From assembly GCA_041737595.1 (NCBI GenBank), contig JBGSRK010000005.1, positions 1,610 through 65,609 of the forward strand: 64,000 nucleotides of DNA, given 5' to 3'. The position numbers and the translations under genes were made by a program. The first letter of the stretch is position 1. Each line of letters begins with the position of its first letter. The notes below the pieces were generated by a model. The model was not told the origin of the DNA and did not search any database. It saw only the letters and a program-made list of their open reading frames with translations. Of this stretch, positions 48,982 to 58,111 are shown piece after piece. The stretch is from Patescibacteria group bacterium. GTDB taxonomy: Bacteria; Patescibacteriota; CPR2; UBA1875.

Positions 48982-49256
48982 TATATTTTAAACTCCTCAA
49001 TCTTTTGATCTTTTTTGATTGTAACAATAGCTTTTTTAATATCATTTCTTTTCCCAAAAACTTTTCCTGATCTTTTAACTTTTCCAGGGATAGACACAAT
49101 ATTTACAGCAATTACATTTACTTTAAAAAGTTTTTCAACTTCTTTTTTAACTAAATTTTTATTCGCAAATGGTTCAACATTAAAAACATATTTACCGGTT
49201 TCTTGTAGGGCAAATGATTTTTCTGATATTGTAGCTTTTACAAGTACACTTTTCAT
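48981..49256 (-). CDS. rplW: 50S ribosomal protein L23
   Basis: Position and size; L23 fold motifs. Confidence 0.9.
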   Translation of the reverse strand: MKSVLVKATISEKSFALQETGKYVFNVEPFANKNLVKKEVEKLFKVNVIAVNIVSIPGKVKRSGKVFGKRNDIKKAIVTIKKDQKIEEFKI

Positions 49257-49876
49257 TATTTTTTCTCTCCTACTTTTGCTTTACTAGCGGTTTTTGGTTC
49301 GATTTTATTAGCCTTTGTAGTTTCCATTTTTAAAATAACTATATTATCTGCTCTCAAAACATCTACACCGCTAACATCACCATTTTTTGCCAATAAAACA
49401 TTTTTAATATTTCCGAATACTCTTCTTAAATTTCTTAATGATTCAGATTCTTTCTGTGATTTTTCAGATTTTTCATCTACTAAGACTAGTGTTCTTCCAG
49501 AAATGTTATTTTTTTTCAAAAGGTCTGCTGCTTCTTTAGTTTTTGAAATCTTACCAATTGATAATTCTACTGTGTTTGATTTTTTTGACTCTAAAGCAGC
49601 TTGTTTAACTGCTTCTCTTTCTTTTTTATTCAAATTAAGTGAAGGATTTTGTTCGCCAGTTGGGCCAAAAGTAACTCCACCACCTCTCCAAAGAGGTGAA
49701 CGTGTTGAGCCTGCTCTAGCTCGGCCTGTTCCCTTTTGACGATGAGGTTTTCGCCCCCCACCAGAAACTTCACCGCGTTTTTTTGTTCTTGCGGTTGCTC
49801 TTCTTTTGTTCGCTTCAATAACTCTTGTAACCTTGGCGACTAATTCTGGTAAATTTTCTTTATTTTTAATAGCCAT
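49256..49876 (-). CDS. rplD: 50S ribosomal protein L4
   Basis: Canonical L4 blocks. Confidence 0.9.
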   Translation of the reverse strand: MAIKNKENLPELVAKVTRVIEANKRRATARTKKRGEVSGGGRKPHRQKGTGRARAGSTRSPLWRGGGVTFGPTGEQNPSLNLNKKEREAVKQAALESKKSNTVELSIGKISKTKEAADLLKKNNISGRTLVLVDEKSEKSQKESESLRNLRRVFGNIKNVLLAKNGDVSGVDVLRADNIVILKMETTKANKIEPKTASKAKVGEKK

Positions 49877-49877
49877 A

Positions 49878-50501
49878 TTATTCCTTTTTTGCTTTCTCTT
49901 TTGAAATTAAAAGAACAACGCCCTTTTTTGGGCCAGGAACTGCACCTTGGACCAAAATAAGATTTTCTTCTTCCATAATTTTAACAATTTTTATATTTTT
50001 AGTTGTTACCTGAATAGCACCCATTCTGCCTGGTAATTTTTGTCCTTTTAAAACATGTTGTGGGAACATAGCACCTATAGAACCAGGGGCTCTATAATTA
50101 TGTGAACCATGGGTCTTTGGACCTCTGTGAAAATTATGTCTTTTAATTGTTCCTGCGAAACCTTTTCCCTTAGAAACACCGGTAATATCAACTAAATCAT
50201 TTTCTTCAAAGATATTAATTTCAATTTTGTCGCCTACTTGGTATGTTTTCCCATCTTCGGCTTTGACTTCTTTTAATTTTCTTGTTTGGGCTTTTGATTT
50301 TAATAAATGCCCTGCAAGTGGTTTAGATATTTTTTTTGATTTACCATAACCAAGCTGGATTGCTTCATAACCATCTTTTTCGGCTGTTTTTATTTGTGTG
50401 ACAACATTACCCTCAACTAAAAGCAAAGTAACAGGAACTAAATTCCCTTTTTCATCAAATATATGTGTCATCTCTACTTTTTTAGCAAGTAATGCTTTCA
50501 T
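49878..50501 (-). CDS. rplC: 50S ribosomal protein L3
   Basis: Canonical L3 ([13 protein letters not shown]...QIKT). Confidence 0.95.
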   Translation of the reverse strand: MKALLAKKVEMTHIFDEKGNLVPVTLLLVEGNVVTQIKTAEKDGYEAIQLGYGKSKKISKPLAGHLLKSKAQTRKLKEVKAEDGKTYQVGDKIEINIFEENDLVDITGVSKGKGFAGTIKRHNFHRGPKTHGSHNYRAPGSIGAMFPQHVLKGQKLPGRMGAIQVTTKNIKIVKIMEEENLILVQGAVPGPKKGVVLLISKEKAKKE

Positions 50502-50617
50502 TTTTCTCCTTTTAGCAAAACAAATTTCGACAGTGGATGGTTCCCTCTAGGCTTACTAGTCTTGGGCCTTTCTCACTCTCGAATTTAATATTTTTGTGCT
50601 CTGCTAAGCGCCTAGAA

Positions 50618-50646
50618 ATTATAGTGAATAATCAGACAAAAGTCAA
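50618..50646 (-). promoter_or_regulatory. Perfect-consensus sigma70 promoter TTGACT-N17-TATAAT driving rplC and the downstream r-protein operon, followed by a ~110-nt structured leader
   Basis: -35 at 50641-50646 and -10 at 50618-50623 on the minus strand. Confidence 0.6.
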
Positions 50647-51434
50647 GAATTTTTTACTAACTTCTTGCCTGCTCGATATCTTAAATATAATCTTGGATAG
50701 TTAAGAATATAAACAATTATACATAGAGGTTTTTGAAACGCAATTTTATGAGGCAAAAATGGCTCTCCGGTTGGATTAAATTTGAGTGTTCTTTTTTGAC
50801 CCGTTATATTTTCCCATATTTCTTTTTTATTAATTGTTTTGTTTGAAGAAATTTCTGTAAAAATTTTACCCATATCTGCTGGGAAAAAATGCATATCTGA
50901 CGCTCCAAATTTTAATACTTTATTATCTTTTTCAATATGTTCTTGTGCTTTTATGTTTCTAGATTCTCCTGTAAATGCATTAATTACTTCTATTGCATCA
51001 ATGTTAATCTCTTTATTATGTAAACCACGCAAAATACCCTTCCGGCCGAATGGGTGGGGAGCAACCACTGCACCTTTATACTTTTTGATTATTTTAATAA
51101 CCTCAGAAACATTTTTGAAATGTGGTATAAAGCCATTATTATATCTGTATTCTTTATAAAAATCTTTTATTTCTTGGATCTCATAAAAGTATGCAAGAAG
51201 TTCATATGGTAACCCTTTAATAGTAAATGTAAGTTCAATTCCGGGGAAAAAGATTATCCCAGCCTTCTCGGCATATTTTTCAGCTTTAATTGTCCCAATA
51301 ATTTCATTATGATCTGTGATTGAAAGTACTTTTATATTTTTATGTTTAGCATAAGCCACAATAAACCTAGGGAAATGTATCCCATCACTATTATTACTAT
51401 GAACATGTAAGTTAGCTTTATATGAGTATTCCAT
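50643..51434 (-). CDS. PHP-domain (polymerase/histidinol-phosphatase family) metal-dependent phosphoesterase
   Basis: N-terminal LHVHSNNSDG...ITDHN His motifs of the PHP fold. Confidence 0.8.
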   Translation of the reverse strand: MEYSYKANLHVHSNNSDGIHFPRFIVAYAKHKNIKVLSITDHNEIIGTIKAEKYAEKAGIIFFPGIELTFTIKGLPYELLAYFYEIQEIKDFYKEYRYNNGFIPHFKNVSEVIKIIKKYKGAVVAPHPFGRKGILRGLHNKEINIDAIEVINAFTGESRNIKAQEHIEKDNKVLKFGASDMHFFPADMGKIFTEISSNKTINKKEIWENITGQKRTLKFNPTGEPFLPHKIAFQKPLCIIVYILNYPRLYLRYRAGKKLVKNS

Positions 51435-51443
51435 AAATACTAC

Positions 51444-52658
51444 TTATTCATAACGGAGTGCTTCGATTGGATCTTTTTTAGCGGCGCGAAGAGCGGGCCA
51501 TAAGCCAAAAATTACACCTATTATGGTTGAGATTCCTATTGCAAGACCAACTACAGATGGAGTTATGGCGGGGGTCAAATCAGTTTTCGAAGCTACAACT
51601 CCTGAAACTGCAAATGAAATACCAAGCCCAATCAAACCACCAACCATTGTGACCATTACGGCTTCTATCAAAAATTGTAATGCAATGTCAAAACGTGTCG
51701 CACCAACTGCCTTCCGAAGACCTATTTCCTTTGTTCTTTCGGTGACAGTAACAAGCATAATATTCATAATTCCAATCCCACCAACAAGCAAGGATATTGA
51801 TGCAATTGCTGATACAAGAGTGGTTAACAACCCCAAAAGATCATCCAATAAACCAACGATATCATCTTGAGTAAGCACAGTGAAATCCTCTTCATTTTCA
51901 TGATTTTTAAGCATTGTGCTTTTTACGGACTCTTTTACATCGAGTACCTTATACCCGTCAGTTACTTTAATCATAATCCGTTGAATATTTACTTTATTTT
52001 GGTTTATCCTTGTGGCCGTATCAAATGGTATTGCAGCAAGAGTTGAAAATTGATCTCCAAAGACGCTAGATGCTTCAACTTCACTAAATACACCGATTAC
52101 CTTAAAATCTTCTTTCCCAACTTTTACAATTTTATTAACTGGGTCTTCATTTTCAAAAAGGTCTTTTTTTGTTTTTGGCCCTATAATTACAACATTACCT
52201 GATTTATTTGATTTAAAAGTAGCACCCGATTCTACCTTAATAATTTGTAATGTTTCCCCTATTTCGGGGTATGTCCCTATTATCATTGGGATAGTCTTTT
52301 TATCATTATATGATATTTCACCAGGGACAAGTGACATTGGTGCAATTTTATCAACTCCTTCTACTTCACTTATTTTATCCATATCACTTACAGTTAAAAC
52401 ATTCCCACTCACAAAATTTGCAGGATTTGTTTGCTGCATACCTTGAGGATTGTTTGTGTCTATTTTGCCAGCGACTACAAACAATAAATTAGAGCCGAAC
52501 CCTTTTACAAGACCCGAGACATCATTTTTTAAACCCTGCCCTAAAGAAATTAAAATTGTTACAGAAGATACTCCAATTACAATCCCAAGTACGGTTAAAA
52601 GACTTCTTACTTTATTACCAAAAATTGACATTAATGCACTTTTTATTCCCTCAATCAT
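51444..52658 (-). CDS. ABC transporter permease, FtsX/MacB family
   Basis: N-terminal TM, a large periplasmic domain, and a C-terminal FtsX 3-TM bundle. Confidence 0.85.
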   Translation of the reverse strand: MIEGIKSALMSIFGNKVRSLLTVLGIVIGVSSVTILISLGQGLKNDVSGLVKGFGSNLLFVVAGKIDTNNPQGMQQTNPANFVSGNVLTVSDMDKISEVEGVDKIAPMSLVPGEISYNDKKTIPMIIGTYPEIGETLQIIKVESGATFKSNKSGNVVIIGPKTKKDLFENEDPVNKIVKVGKEDFKVIGVFSEVEASSVFGDQFSTLAAIPFDTATRINQNKVNIQRIMIKVTDGYKVLDVKESVKSTMLKNHENEEDFTVLTQDDIVGLLDDLLGLLTTLVSAIASISLLVGGIGIMNIMLVTVTERTKEIGLRKAVGATRFDIALQFLIEAVMVTMVGGLIGLGISFAVSGVVASKTDLTPAITPSVVGLAIGISTIIGVIFGLWPALRAAKKDPIEALRYE

Positions 52659-53335
52659 TTTGCCTCCTTTATCAGCTTACCATCCATGATTTTATAGGTT
52701 CTTTTAGCATAATCTGCTATTTTTTGATCATGCGTAATAAGTATAATAGTCTTCCCCTTTTTATTTAAATCAACTAAAACTTTCATTATTTCTTGCCCAC
52801 TTTTTGAATCAAGATTTCCAGTGGGTTCATCAGCAAGTATTATATCAGGATCATTAATAAGAGCTCGCGCGATTGCAACTCTTTGAGTTTCGCCCCCTGA
52901 AAGTTCTGATGGCTTGTGTTTTATTCTATTTTTAAGACCAACTTCTGAAAGAAGATTAACAGCTCTTTCTTGAGCAGATTTTTTCCCAATTTTTTTATAG
53001 ATTGTTGGCATCACAACATTAGAAAGTGCTGTCATTTTATTCAAAAGATTAAACTGTTGGAAAATAAAACCAATTTTTTCGGAACGGATTTTAGCAAGCT
53101 TAGAATCTGGCATACTCATATTTATCTTTTTATTATCAATTAAAAGATCTCCAGAGGTTGGCCTATCAAGTAATCCTATTATGTGCATTAAGGTTGATTT
53201 GCCAGAGCCAGAGGGCCCCATAATAGCTATTATTTCTCCCTTTTCTACTTTAATAGAAATACCACAAACTGCGTTAACAGATAATTTACCTGATTTATAG
53301 GTTTTAGTAACATTTTTTAGTTCAATAATAGGCAT
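52655..53335 (-). CDS. ABC transporter ATP-binding protein (MacB/LolD-like)
   Basis: Walker A GPSGSGKST, signature LSGGETQRVAIARAL, Walker B ILADEPTGNLD. Confidence 0.9.
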   Translation of the reverse strand: MPIIELKNVTKTYKSGKLSVNAVCGISIKVEKGEIIAIMGPSGSGKSTLMHIIGLLDRPTSGDLLIDNKKINMSMPDSKLAKIRSEKIGFIFQQFNLLNKMTALSNVVMPTIYKKIGKKSAQERAVNLLSEVGLKNRIKHKPSELSGGETQRVAIARALINDPDIILADEPTGNLDSKSGQEIMKVLVDLNKKGKTIILITHDQKIADYAKRTYKIMDGKLIKEAK

Positions 53336-53336
53336 A

Positions 53337-54071
53337 TTATTTCCATTCCATTGTGGCCATCATTTTTTCAAAATAATTTGTAATTTCTGCTACAACTAAA
53401 TCTGTAGTACTTGTGCTTTCTGAATGGAAAAAATAATTATGGTTATTTTGAATTTGATAACCCGACCCAGTTTTAGGTATTGTAGAAATTGAATAACCAT
53501 TAAGATTAGCATTGTCACACATTAAATTTTCACCACTATTTAATGAATTATCTATCTCTTTTTTATTTGAAAGGATGAGTTTATTTGCCAATATTTCAGT
53601 TGAATAAGTAATATTCTTTTTAACACAAGTTCCTCCTCGACCAAATATTTCGTCCATATTTAATGAAATTGCATATTTTTTTTCCTGGTTATCAAAGATA
53701 ACATTATCAATAGAAAAAACATTTGAACCTACATAAGTACTACCACTGCTTGTCTCATTTTCACTAACAACAAAGGAGCTCGGGTATTTAATAGAAAAAT
53801 TATATTTAGTGCTTGTATACGTTTTCCAATCTTTCATTTCATCATTCGAAACAGACGAAGATGTCGTTTTATTAAAATTTAGTTTAGTAGAATAGTCTTC
53901 GTTATAATTTCTTGATCCTAAATACCAATATATTCCATAACCTATTAACGTTACAACAATTGCAAGAATTGAAAAAGCCGCAATAGTTTCTAAATGAAGA
54001 TTTTTCTTATTTATATCTTTTTCAACCTCTTTTTTAAATTCATCAACTTGTTTTTTCTCTTTTTCTGTCAT
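53337..54071 (-). CDS. Hypothetical membrane-anchored Ser/Asn-rich extracytoplasmic protein, cotranscribed with the ABC transporter
   Basis: N-terminal K/E-rich segment, then a TM (AAFSILAIVVTLIGYGIYWYL), then an S/T/N-rich domain. Confidence 0.5.
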   Translation of the reverse strand: MTEKEKKQVDEFKKEVEKDINKKNLHLETIAAFSILAIVVTLIGYGIYWYLGSRNYNEDYSTKLNFNKTTSSSVSNDEMKDWKTYTSTKYNFSIKYPSSFVVSENETSSGSTYVGSNVFSIDNVIFDNQEKKYAISLNMDEIFGRGGTCVKKNITYSTEILANKLILSNKKEIDNSLNSGENLMCDNANLNGYSISTIPKTGSGYQIQNNHNYFFHSESTSTTDLVVAEITNYFEKMMATMEWK

Positions 54072-54200
54072 AATTATCCCCTTTTTTGTTTTTTGTATTA
54101 ACCAACAAATATATTATCACTCTTGTCAATAAATATCAAACCAAAGCGCTTACTTAATAAGTTAATACTTTACTAATGTACATTAGTAAAGTGCTTTTTT

Positions 54201-54245
54201 ATAAAAAGCAATAGACCGGCCTCGCGAAATCGCGAAGACCGGTCT
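54201..54245 (-). terminator. Compound hairpin terminator at the downstream edge of GC island B
   Basis: AGACCGGCC-TCGCGAAATCGCGA-GACCGGTCT nested hairpin, then a U-run on the minus strand. Confidence 0.6.
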
Positions 54246-54252
54246 TTACTTG

Positions 54253-54543
54253 TTATACCTCATACACGCACATCGTTACTTCGCCCAGACAAGCTGGTGC
54301 TTCAGCATGATATATCTTGCCTGTAGCGTGCACTTCGATTCGATAATGTAGAGTTACTCCTTCAAGATTACCGGAAAGAAGTGTGAACGACCCCTTAATT
54401 GAATCAAGAAGATTGCGCTCATAGAGAGCATCAAGCAACTCTCTTCTAACTCGAATCGTTCCATTTGTTGTCTCTTTACCATCGGCCCGATAGACCTTTG
54501 TGAAAAGTGGTTCCCTGTTGGAAACCGCAGCATCTGTCCCCAT
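54253..54543 (-). CDS. Small ORFan protein B4 (96 aa) in high-GC island B
   Basis: RBS AAGGGGG 6 nt before the ATG; own promoter TTGACG-N17-TATTAT at 54622-54650; GC about 45-48% versus about 30% background. Confidence 0.5.
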   Translation of the reverse strand: MGTDAAVSNREPLFTKVYRADGKETTNGTIRVRRELLDALYERNLLDSIKGSFTLLSGNLEGVTLHYRIEVHATGKIYHAEAPACLGEVTMCVYEV

Positions 54544-54621
54544 CTCGTTACCCCCTTAAACTGATGGAATGAGTTTTTTCGACATATGCTGTGGTGCTTG
54601 AGGCATTTAACAAGCAAAACA

Positions 54622-54650
54622 ATAATAACTTTAATTTTGAGCCACGTCAA
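54622..54650 (-). promoter_or_regulatory. Promoter TTGACG-N17-TATTAT for ORF B4
   Basis: -35 at 54645-54650 and -10 at 54622-54627 on the minus strand. Confidence 0.45.
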
Positions 54651-54669
54651 GCCAATATTATATTAACTT

Positions 54670-54702
54670 AGAAAAACACCCTAGGTATATTTCAACCTAG
54701 GG
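54670..54702 (-). terminator. Internal terminator after the B1-B2-B3 operon
   Basis: CCCTAGG-N10-CCTAGGG hairpin followed by UGUUUUU on the minus strand. Confidence 0.55.
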
Positions 54703-54725
54703 TAGTTGCTCAACCAACGAGGCTT

Positions 54726-55031
54726 TCACCGATGTATCCTTGGATCAATTTGGGAAGTGAGTTCAAAATCAAAATACCTTATCTTCCCCTCCCCTTCACA
54801 AACAGTCCGGTAGACACAGTTGAACCTTCGCCCCTTGTTTCCAATTTCGAAGACTCCAACCGAAGTCTGAAACGCCTCAGCCCGGGAACCAAGTCGAATC
54901 CCGAACTTAGCCAACGTTCTACGTGCCTCGGCTACTATTTCGGTACACGATTGGCATGGATCTTTCCCGACAAGAGGGACCGTAATGATGCCATAGTTGG
55001 TCCTTCTATAACCAGAAGTGTCGCACTCCAT
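54726..55031 (-). CDS. Small ORFan Cys-containing protein B3 (about 101 aa) in high-GC island B
   Basis: Start at MECD with a perfect RBS GAGGAGG 6 nt upstream, 9 nt after the B2 stop. The track ORF extends to 55055 from a less likely start. Confidence 0.5.
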   Translation of the reverse strand: MECDTSGYRRTNYGIITVPLVGKDPCQSCTEIVAEARRTLAKFGIRLGSRAEAFQTSVGVFEIGNKGRRFNCVYRTVCEGEGKIRYFDFELTSQIDPRIHR

Positions 55032-55042
55032 CTTGAGCCTCC

Positions 55043-55330
55043 TCACGTCGCCCATTGCTTGAGTATGACATTACCATCCTTGAGTGAACATGAATACACC
55101 GACATAAGGATGCCGGTTCGGGAATGAACCTGAATTCTGACAACTTGTGATAGATATCCACTTCGTGGGACGATGTTCTTATTGACATCGAATGCACGAA
55201 ATGACGTATCGCACTCGCTATCAGGAAGGCCATACCCATTGGAACGAATACGACGAAGTTCAGTGAAGACACACTCGAGCATATCTTCGTCAGGGCAACC
55301 TATGAGCTCAATGTTTATAGGCTCATTCAT
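55043..55330 (-). CDS. Small ORFan protein B2 (about 95 aa) in high-GC island B
   Basis: ATG overlaps the B1 stop in an ATGA coupling; RBS GAGGTGG upstream. The track ORF extends to 55366. Confidence 0.5.
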   Translation of the reverse strand: MNEPINIELIGCPDEDMLECVFTELRRIRSNGYGLPDSECDTSFRAFDVNKNIVPRSGYLSQVVRIQVHSRTGILMSVYSCSLKDGNVILKQWAT

Positions 55331-55605
55331 GCTGCCACCTCTTCGATACCCGAGATAGTATACCAAGCTTTCACCTGGTAAGTACTATCTGTCTTTTCGA
55401 CACGAGCTTCCACCTTTTGACCATCCGTATTAGTAAAATCAATACGAATGATTTTCTTGATGACGATTTTGACACTTACTGTCTTAAAACCGTAAACAAG
55501 AAGTAGAAGCTTCTCACAAGCAAGAGTCAGGGTACATATTTCTTTTGCGGTTGGACGTCCAGCTGAGGACTCAATCGCAAGATCAAGAATGTTATTCACA
55601 TCCAT
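55327..55605 (-). CDS. Small ORFan protein B1 (about 92 aa) in high-GC island B
   Basis: Start at MDVNN with a GGGGGG RBS. The longer track ORF (to 55650) would overlap the extended -10 element TGGTATATA at 55651-55659. Confidence 0.45.
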   Translation of the reverse strand: MDVNNILDLAIESSAGRPTAKEICTLTLACEKLLLLVYGFKTVSVKIVIKKIIRIDFTNTDGQKVEARVEKTDSTYQVKAWYTISGIEEVAA

Positions 55606-55687
55606 TTTGAGCCCCCCTTGGGTTCCTACCGTCTCTGACGTTATCGGCATTATATACCAAAAAAACTAATTTTAAAAGAATAAAAAA

Positions 55688-55717
55688 CAAAAAAAGCAGC
55701 TTTCGCTGCTTTTTTTG
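55688..55717 (-). terminator. Bidirectional terminator separating rpsJ from island B
   Basis: AGCAGC-TTTC-GCTGCT hairpin flanked by an A-run and a T-run. Confidence 0.65.
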
Positions 55718-55762
55718 AATAGTTCTAGACCATCCGCCCATTGGCGAATAAAGTCTTCGGTT

Positions 55763-56083
55763 TTACATTTTTATTTCGATATCAACACCCGCTGGTAGAG
55801 AAATATTCATTAGACTATCAATTGTCTTCGCATTTGGTTCAAGAATATCTATAAGTCTTTTATGAACTCTCATTTCAAACTGTTCTCGGGCATTTTTATC
55901 AACATTCGAAGCCCTAAGCACTGTTATTGGAGTTCGATCAGTTGGAAGCGGAATCGGACCAGAAATTTTTGAACCACTTCTTTGCGCGGTTTCAATTATT
56001 TGTTTAACAGACTGGTCAATGATCTTATGATCATATGCTTTCAGTTTAATTCTGATTCTTTGAGGTTTCTTTTCTTCTACCAT
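55763..56083 (-). CDS. rpsJ: 30S ribosomal protein S10
   Basis: [17 protein letters not shown]-terminal block. Confidence 0.95.
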   Translation of the reverse strand: MVEEKKPQRIRIKLKAYDHKIIDQSVKQIIETAQRSGSKISGPIPLPTDRTPITVLRASNVDKNAREQFEMRVHKRLIDILEPNAKTIDSLMNISLPAGVDIEIKM

Positions 56084-56112
56084 TTTTTGTAAGGTTCCTT
56101 GCGTTTATCGCT

Positions 56113-57291
56113 TTATTTTGTAATCTTTGTTACTATACCCGCACCAACTGTTCTACCACCTTCTCGGATAGCGAACTTAAGACCTTGGTCCATAGCAATT
56201 GGTTGCATAAGTTTAACATTGAAAGTGATTTTATCACCTGGCATTACCATTTCGGTACCTGCAGGCAGTTCTACTTCTCCTGTAACATCTGTTGTTCGAA
56301 TATAGAATTGAGGTTTGTATCCTTTAAAGAATGGTGTATGTCGTCCACCTTCTTCTTTTGTTAGGATATAAACTTCTGCTTCAAATTCTGTGTGAGGTGT
56401 AATTGAACCTGGTTTTGCAAGAACCATACCACGTTCGATATCATCTTTTTCAATACCACGTAGTAAAAGTCCTGCGTTATCACCAGCTTGACCTTGGTCA
56501 AGTTGTTTTTTGAACATTTCTACACCAGTAACAACAGTTTTTCTTGTTTCTTTTATCCCAACAATTTCTACTTCTTCATTGATTTTAATAATACCTGATT
56601 CAATACGACCCGTAGCAACTGTTCCACGACCTTTAATCGAGAAAACATCTTCTACCGGCATAAGGAAAGGTTTATCTAAATCACGAACTGGTTCTGGGAT
56701 AAAATCATCAAGAGCTTTAACAAGTTCAAGTATAGATTCTTCATATTTAGCATCGCCTTCAAGAGCTTTAAGAGCTGAACCACGAATAATTGGAGCATTG
56801 TCTCCATCAAAATCATATTTTGAAAGCAATTCTCTAATTTCCATTTCAACAAGATCAAGCATTTCTTCATCGGCTACCATGTCACATTTATTCATAAAAA
56901 CAACAATTTTAGCTACACCAACTTGGTTAGCAAGCAAAATGTGTTCACGAGTTTGTGGCATTGGACCATCTGTTGCAGCTACAACTAATATAGCTCCGTC
57001 CATCTGAGCTGCGCCGGTAATCATGTTTTTAACATAATCTGCATGACCCGGACAGTCAACGTGTGCATAATGTCTTTTATCTGATTCATATTCAACGTGA
57101 GCGGTAGAAATAGTTATACCACGTTCACGTTCTTCAGGGGCTTTATCAATATTTTCGAAGGCAGTAAATTCTGCTTTACCGTCTTTTGAAAGAACTTTAG
57201 TAATAGCAGCTGTCAAAGTTGTTTTCCCATGGTCTACGTGACCTATAGTACCGACATTGACATGAGGTTTTGAACGATCAAATGTTGCCAT
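56113..57291 (-). CDS. tuf: Elongation factor Tu
   Basis: [23 protein letters not shown] and NKCD motifs. Confidence 0.97.
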   Translation of the reverse strand: MATFDRSKPHVNVGTIGHVDHGKTTLTAAITKVLSKDGKAEFTAFENIDKAPEERERGITISTAHVEYESDKRHYAHVDCPGHADYVKNMITGAAQMDGAILVVAATDGPMPQTREHILLANQVGVAKIVVFMNKCDMVADEEMLDLVEMEIRELLSKYDFDGDNAPIIRGSALKALEGDAKYEESILELVKALDDFIPEPVRDLDKPFLMPVEDVFSIKGRGTVATGRIESGIIKINEEVEIVGIKETRKTVVTGVEMFKKQLDQGQAGDNAGLLLRGIEKDDIERGMVLAKPGSITPHTEFEAEVYILTKEEGGRHTPFFKGYKPQFYIRTTDVTGEVELPAGTEMVMPGDKITFNVKLMQPIAMDQGLKFAIREGGRTVGAGIVTKITK

Positions 57292-57424
57292 TTGGGGTCC
57301 TCCTTTAGATTAACTTTATAGTTTAGACAATAAAACTTATCCACAATAAGTGGAATTGGTAACTAACTTTTTGTGTTACTTCGCTATTCTATTATAATTT
57401 GAGTTGATTTGCAAGTATTTTTAT

Positions 57425-57456
57425 CTAAAATGACAGGACCCCGCCGGTTGGCGGGG
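57425..57456 (-). terminator. GC-rich hairpin terminator at the downstream edge of island A
   Basis: ACCCCGCC-GGTT-GGCGGGGT stem; a weak U-tract follows on the minus strand. Confidence 0.5.
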
Positions 57457-57478
57457 TCAATGGACAAGAAGAGGATCA

Positions 57479-57656
57479 TTCAGTCGAGGTGCATGTATGA
57501 AAAGGCTGCGTCACGTTCTTCGCGAAAAGTGCGTACCTTCGGCGAAACCAGTGATGCCAACCAAATCGGAAATTCGATCAGCATACACATAATCGCGCTG
57601 AGTACGACGAGAGTGATCAAAACCGAATCGATCACCCATTCTTTGAATCTAAACAT
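57479..57656 (-). CDS. Small hydrophobic protein A2 (58 aa), second gene of high-GC island A
   Basis: Hand-translated MFRFKEWVIDSVLITLVVLSAIMCMLIEFPIWLASLVSPKVRTFREERDAAFSYMHLD. RBS GGAGG 5 nt upstream; starts 8 nt after the A1 stop; below the track size cutoff. Confidence 0.45.
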
Positions 57657-57666
57657 AGCGGCCTCC

Positions 57667-57987
57667 CTATCCTAGGCCCATTTCGTTGAGCTCGTCGAGA
57701 GTCGAGTTGTAGTCGGGCTCAAAGTTCGGTTTGATGAAACGGCCATGAATTCGAGATTCTTCGAGTTCCCTCACAAGCATATCATGTGCGGGCTTGTTGT
57801 GACATTGAGTACAAACGCTCGGCGACTCAAAGTCACAGTCGATACAGATCGCCGGATCAGGCCTGCCGGAGTTCTTTGCTCGCAACAGACGGATGACTCC
57901 GCCTGCCACAACTACTACAAAAGCGACCAAAAGAACCAAAACGATGGCACCTTCGGTTGTCGAGATAAGACCAATGAACCTCCCCAT
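57667..57987 (-). CDS. Membrane-anchored zinc-ribbon protein A1 (106 aa), first gene of high-GC island A
   Basis: N-terminal TM (AIVLVLLVAFVVVVAGGVIRLL), then CIDC-x8-CTQC; strong RBS GGGAGG; GC about 50%. Confidence 0.5.
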   Translation of the reverse strand: MGRFIGLISTTEGAIVLVLLVAFVVVVAGGVIRLLRAKNSGRPDPAICIDCDFESPSVCTQCHNKPAHDMLVRELEESRIHGRFIKPNFEPDYNSTLDELNEMGLG

Positions 57988-58038
57988 GTTTCCTCCCTTA
58001 GGTTCGCACGGATTTACACCGTGAATATTAATACGATT

Positions 58039-58066
58039 ATTATATAATATTTTTAAAATAATTCAA
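58039..58066 (-). promoter_or_regulatory. Promoter TTGAAT-N16-TATAAT for island A
   Basis: -35 at 58061-58066 and -10 at 58039-58044 on the minus strand; a small hairpin and the RBS follow. Confidence 0.5.
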
Positions 58067-58072
58067 TAACAC

Positions 58073-58099
58073 AAAAAGAGCCCACATGGGCTCTTTTTT
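58073..58099 (-). terminator. Palindromic terminator after fusA
   Basis: AGAGCCCA-CA-TGGGCTCT hairpin with flanking A and T runs. Confidence 0.7.
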
Positions 58100-58111
58100 A
58101 TAATTATTTTG

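Noticed and set aside
54354-54650. 98-aa alternative-frame minus-strand ORF, and plus-strand ORFs 54732-55127 and 55173-55358 in island B
   Set aside because: Overlap the RBS-supported, translationally coupled B1-B4 set in other frames or on the opposite strand; no RBSs. High GC inflates spurious ORF length.
57409-57675. 88-aa plus-strand ORF in island A
   Set aside because: Antisense to the RBS-supported A2 gene and spans the terminator hairpin.
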